From: Paramecium tetraurelia
Taxonomy: Eukaryota
DNA length: 38,424 nucleotides
NCBI GenBank assembly: GCA_000165425.1
Contig: CT868541.1
Span: 62,001 to 100,424, forward strand
Reading direction: 5' to 3'
In this document: in pieces, positions 35,878 through 38,424 of the stretch
Layout of the letters: every line of letters begins with the position of its first letter
Position numbering within the stretch: the stretch's first letter is position 1
Notes under the pieces: generated by a model
Seen by the model: the letters and a program-made list of their open reading frames with translations, nothing else
Told to the model about the DNA's origin: nothing
Database searches by the model: none
Translations under genes and position numbers: made by a program

Positions 35878-38424
35878 TCAGAGTTTGTCCAAATATTCAT
35901 TAAGGTCTGGCAATTAGACTTTGATACCCTTTCTCTTTCTGATGGATAAGACTAACTCATTAACCTAAATGATTAATATAAAATAATACTTTGCTTCCAG
36001 CTTCAAGTGGGTTACCATTGACAATGGCCCAGTGATCAAAGACACATTGAGGGAAGGCTTGTCCTTAGGTCATACCTCTTAAATGGGCGGTGAAACCGAA
36101 TGATTCAGCGACTGGTAAATGAGCTCTAACCTATGAAATTAGAATAATTATATTACCACTGAGAGTGGGGTTCCTGCAACTTATTCCTCTTCAATGACTG
36201 TTCCTCTTCTGGTGTTGAGACAGTTATATACACCACCAGTAGCATCATTTGGTGCAGTGATTTCAGCCAAGAAGACTGGTTCTTATAATCTTGGTTGTGC
36301 TGTCAATTCGCATGCATAATACAATCTTCTGGCAGTTGGGATGATTTAACCACCTCCTCTGTGGATGGCATCAGCATGTAAGACACAATCCAAAATGTTG
36401 ACTCTGATACCTCTTTGATTTTCTTCGCAAAGTGGTCCTTCCTTGGTTGACCATTACCAAGCTGATTCCATTGATTCTCTCAATTCATTCATATATTAAA
36501 CTCCTGATGTCTTATCCATCAAGATGTTGGCACCTGAGTTATCTGGTCCAAAGGTCCAGATTCTGAGTGCATCATCCTTATCCCAATCATATTCTTCATT
36601 AAGTGCTTTGGCTCTGAGTTTTGGTTCATCTTTTGGTGTGACTTATCCTTTTTCAATAGCATCTGGTAAATTTTCATGTAATGGTGTAGCTTAAGCATAA
36701 ATTCTGTTGTGCTTATTTGGTGATTTAGACATGCAAACAATGTTTGAAGTAGCAGATACGGTTTCCTTGTATGAGACGATTGGGTCAGATTTGATGAGTT
36801 CAATACCTGCAAAGTCTTTTTCTAAATCATTCAAACAGATTTCAACGTGTAATTCACCACATCCGGCAACAACGTTTTATCCTGATTCTTCAGTTGTGCA
36901 TAACACTAATGGATCTGATTTTGACAATTTCTTTAATCCATCGACTAATTTTGGTAAATCTCCTGGATTCTTTGGTTGGACAGCAACTCTGACGACTGGA
37001 GATACTGAATATTTCATTGATCTGATCAAATGGCAATCTGGGTGGTCTGAGATGGTACCAGTCTTCATTAAATATTGATCAACACCGACCAATCCGACTG
37101 TGTTACCACATGGAACATCTGGGATGTATTCGACTCTGCTGGCCATCATGAGAACTGTTCTTTAGATATGCTTTTTCAAACAAATCTTCCTTCTTTCCTA
37201 CTTTGTAGTTGGCTCCCATAATTCTGACCTTTTATCCAGTAGCAATGGTACCAGAGAAAACTCTACCGAAAGCAAAGAATCTTCCTCTATCGGTGGTTGG
37301 AACCATCTTGGAGACGTACATAATTAATGGTCCCTTTGGGTTGCATTCTCTCATTGATTAAGCAATAGCATCATCTTATGGTCCTTCATATAAATATGAA
37401 GTTCTGTATTTTTAAGCCTTTCTTGGTGATGGTAAATGGCACACAATCATTTCAAGTAATGTAGTCAGCAGCATTAATCCATTTGGACATAACAGCCTTG
37501 AGTAAATGCTTTCCTTCTAATTTAGCTTCTTCTTATGTGAGTTTCAATCCCAAAGTTTCAAACATTTTATTAGCTACATCCATATTTTCCTTCCATAACA
37601 GCATTAGCCAATTTGCAGATTGGGTCCATGATGAAAGCAACGAAGGCTCTCTTCATAGCTTTTCCTGATCCACTGATGTTGTCTTTTCTCCAGCATTTTT
37701 CCTTCAGCATCAAAGTAATTGTCTCCCCACAATCTTTCTTATAATTTGAGTGGTTCAACCTTGAATTTGTTAGCATAGATTCTGGCAAATCTGGTGCATG
37801 AGAATGCCCAGCATTCCTTTCCTGAACCAAATGAGACTGATCCGAGTTCTGGATGAACAAGGAGATCACCCATGTCTTCTTATTAATAGGTGTTGATGAT
37901 GACATTGACCATATCAACGACTCTGACGAAGTTTTAATACATTGTTTCACCATCATGCTTCAATTCCAAGATAGCTCTATCAATTTTGTTAACCATGACA
38001 ACTGGCTTGATTTTCTCTTGCATAGCTTGTCTCAACACTGTTTCGGTTTAGACACAAACTCCTTCAACACAATCAACGACGACTAAAGCACCGTCTGTAA
38101 CTCTTAAGGCAGCTGTGACTTCAGAACTGAAATCAACGTGTCCTGGGGAATCGATCAAGTTGATCAAAAACTTTTCTAAGGTCTTATTGTCATAAATGTC
38201 ATATTCATAATAAAGAGAAACACCAGTTGACTTGATTGTAATACCTCTTTCCTTTTCGTCTTCTCTGGTATCTGTTGCTCTAGCATCACCAGCAACTTTG
38301 GAAGCGATAATACCAGCTTTGCATAACAATGAGTCTGTGAGGGTTGATTTACCATGATCAACGTGTGCAATGACAGACATGTTTCTGATGTTGTCTTATT
38401 TGTCCATGATCTCTCTGATCTGAT
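35878..38424 (-). CDS. EEF2: Eukaryotic elongation factor 2 (first few codons outside the window); four apparent 1-nt insertions in this sequence
   Basis: [64 protein letters not shown], diphthamide loop [26 protein letters not shown], ends LDKL-TGA 35880-35878. Introns 36131-36156 and 35965-35989. Confidence 0.97.

Noticed and set aside
37160..37705. Euplotes-style programmed +1 frameshifting in eEF2
   Set aside because: The sites lack the AAA-stop context, TAA/TAG are sense codons here, and an assembly artefact explains them more simply.
1329..38370. Antisense or off-frame ORFs in the supplied track (e.g. 1329-1580, 12903-13205, 14133-14438, 16177-16410, 21734-21940, 27609-27845, 36707-37078, 37853-38086)
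   Set aside because: They are shadows of well-supported code-6 genes on the other strand or frame and show no motifs.

Overview
Gene-dense, very AT-rich eukaryotic DNA from a ciliate macronuclear chromosome, most likely Paramecium. TAA/TAG are read as Gln and TGA is the only stop (translation table 6), introns are tiny (about 22-33 nt, GT..AG), and an epiplasmin gene is present. The supplied standard-code ORF track therefore shows only fragments. Re-translated by hand, the window holds about 17 genes, in order: the 3' part of an axonemal dynein heavy chain, a hypothetical protein, a Yfh7/uridine-kinase-like P-loop kinase, a long coiled-coil protein, a small MGC-start protein with a DUF4430-like motif, a PH+CAMK pseudokinase, a kinesin-RCC1 fusion, two hypotheticals, a CNBD channel-like protein with a degenerate pore, an epiplasmin, an SPP-family pseudoprotease, a tandem-USP protein, DLEC1/FAP81, an IBB-like helical protein, a protease-less FtsH-like AAA protein and eEF2 (with four 1-nt insertions). 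A UPRT pseudogene lies just before eEF2. No rRNA, tRNA, CRISPR, telomere or transposon was recognised. All family calls rest on motif recognition by eye; no database searches were run.
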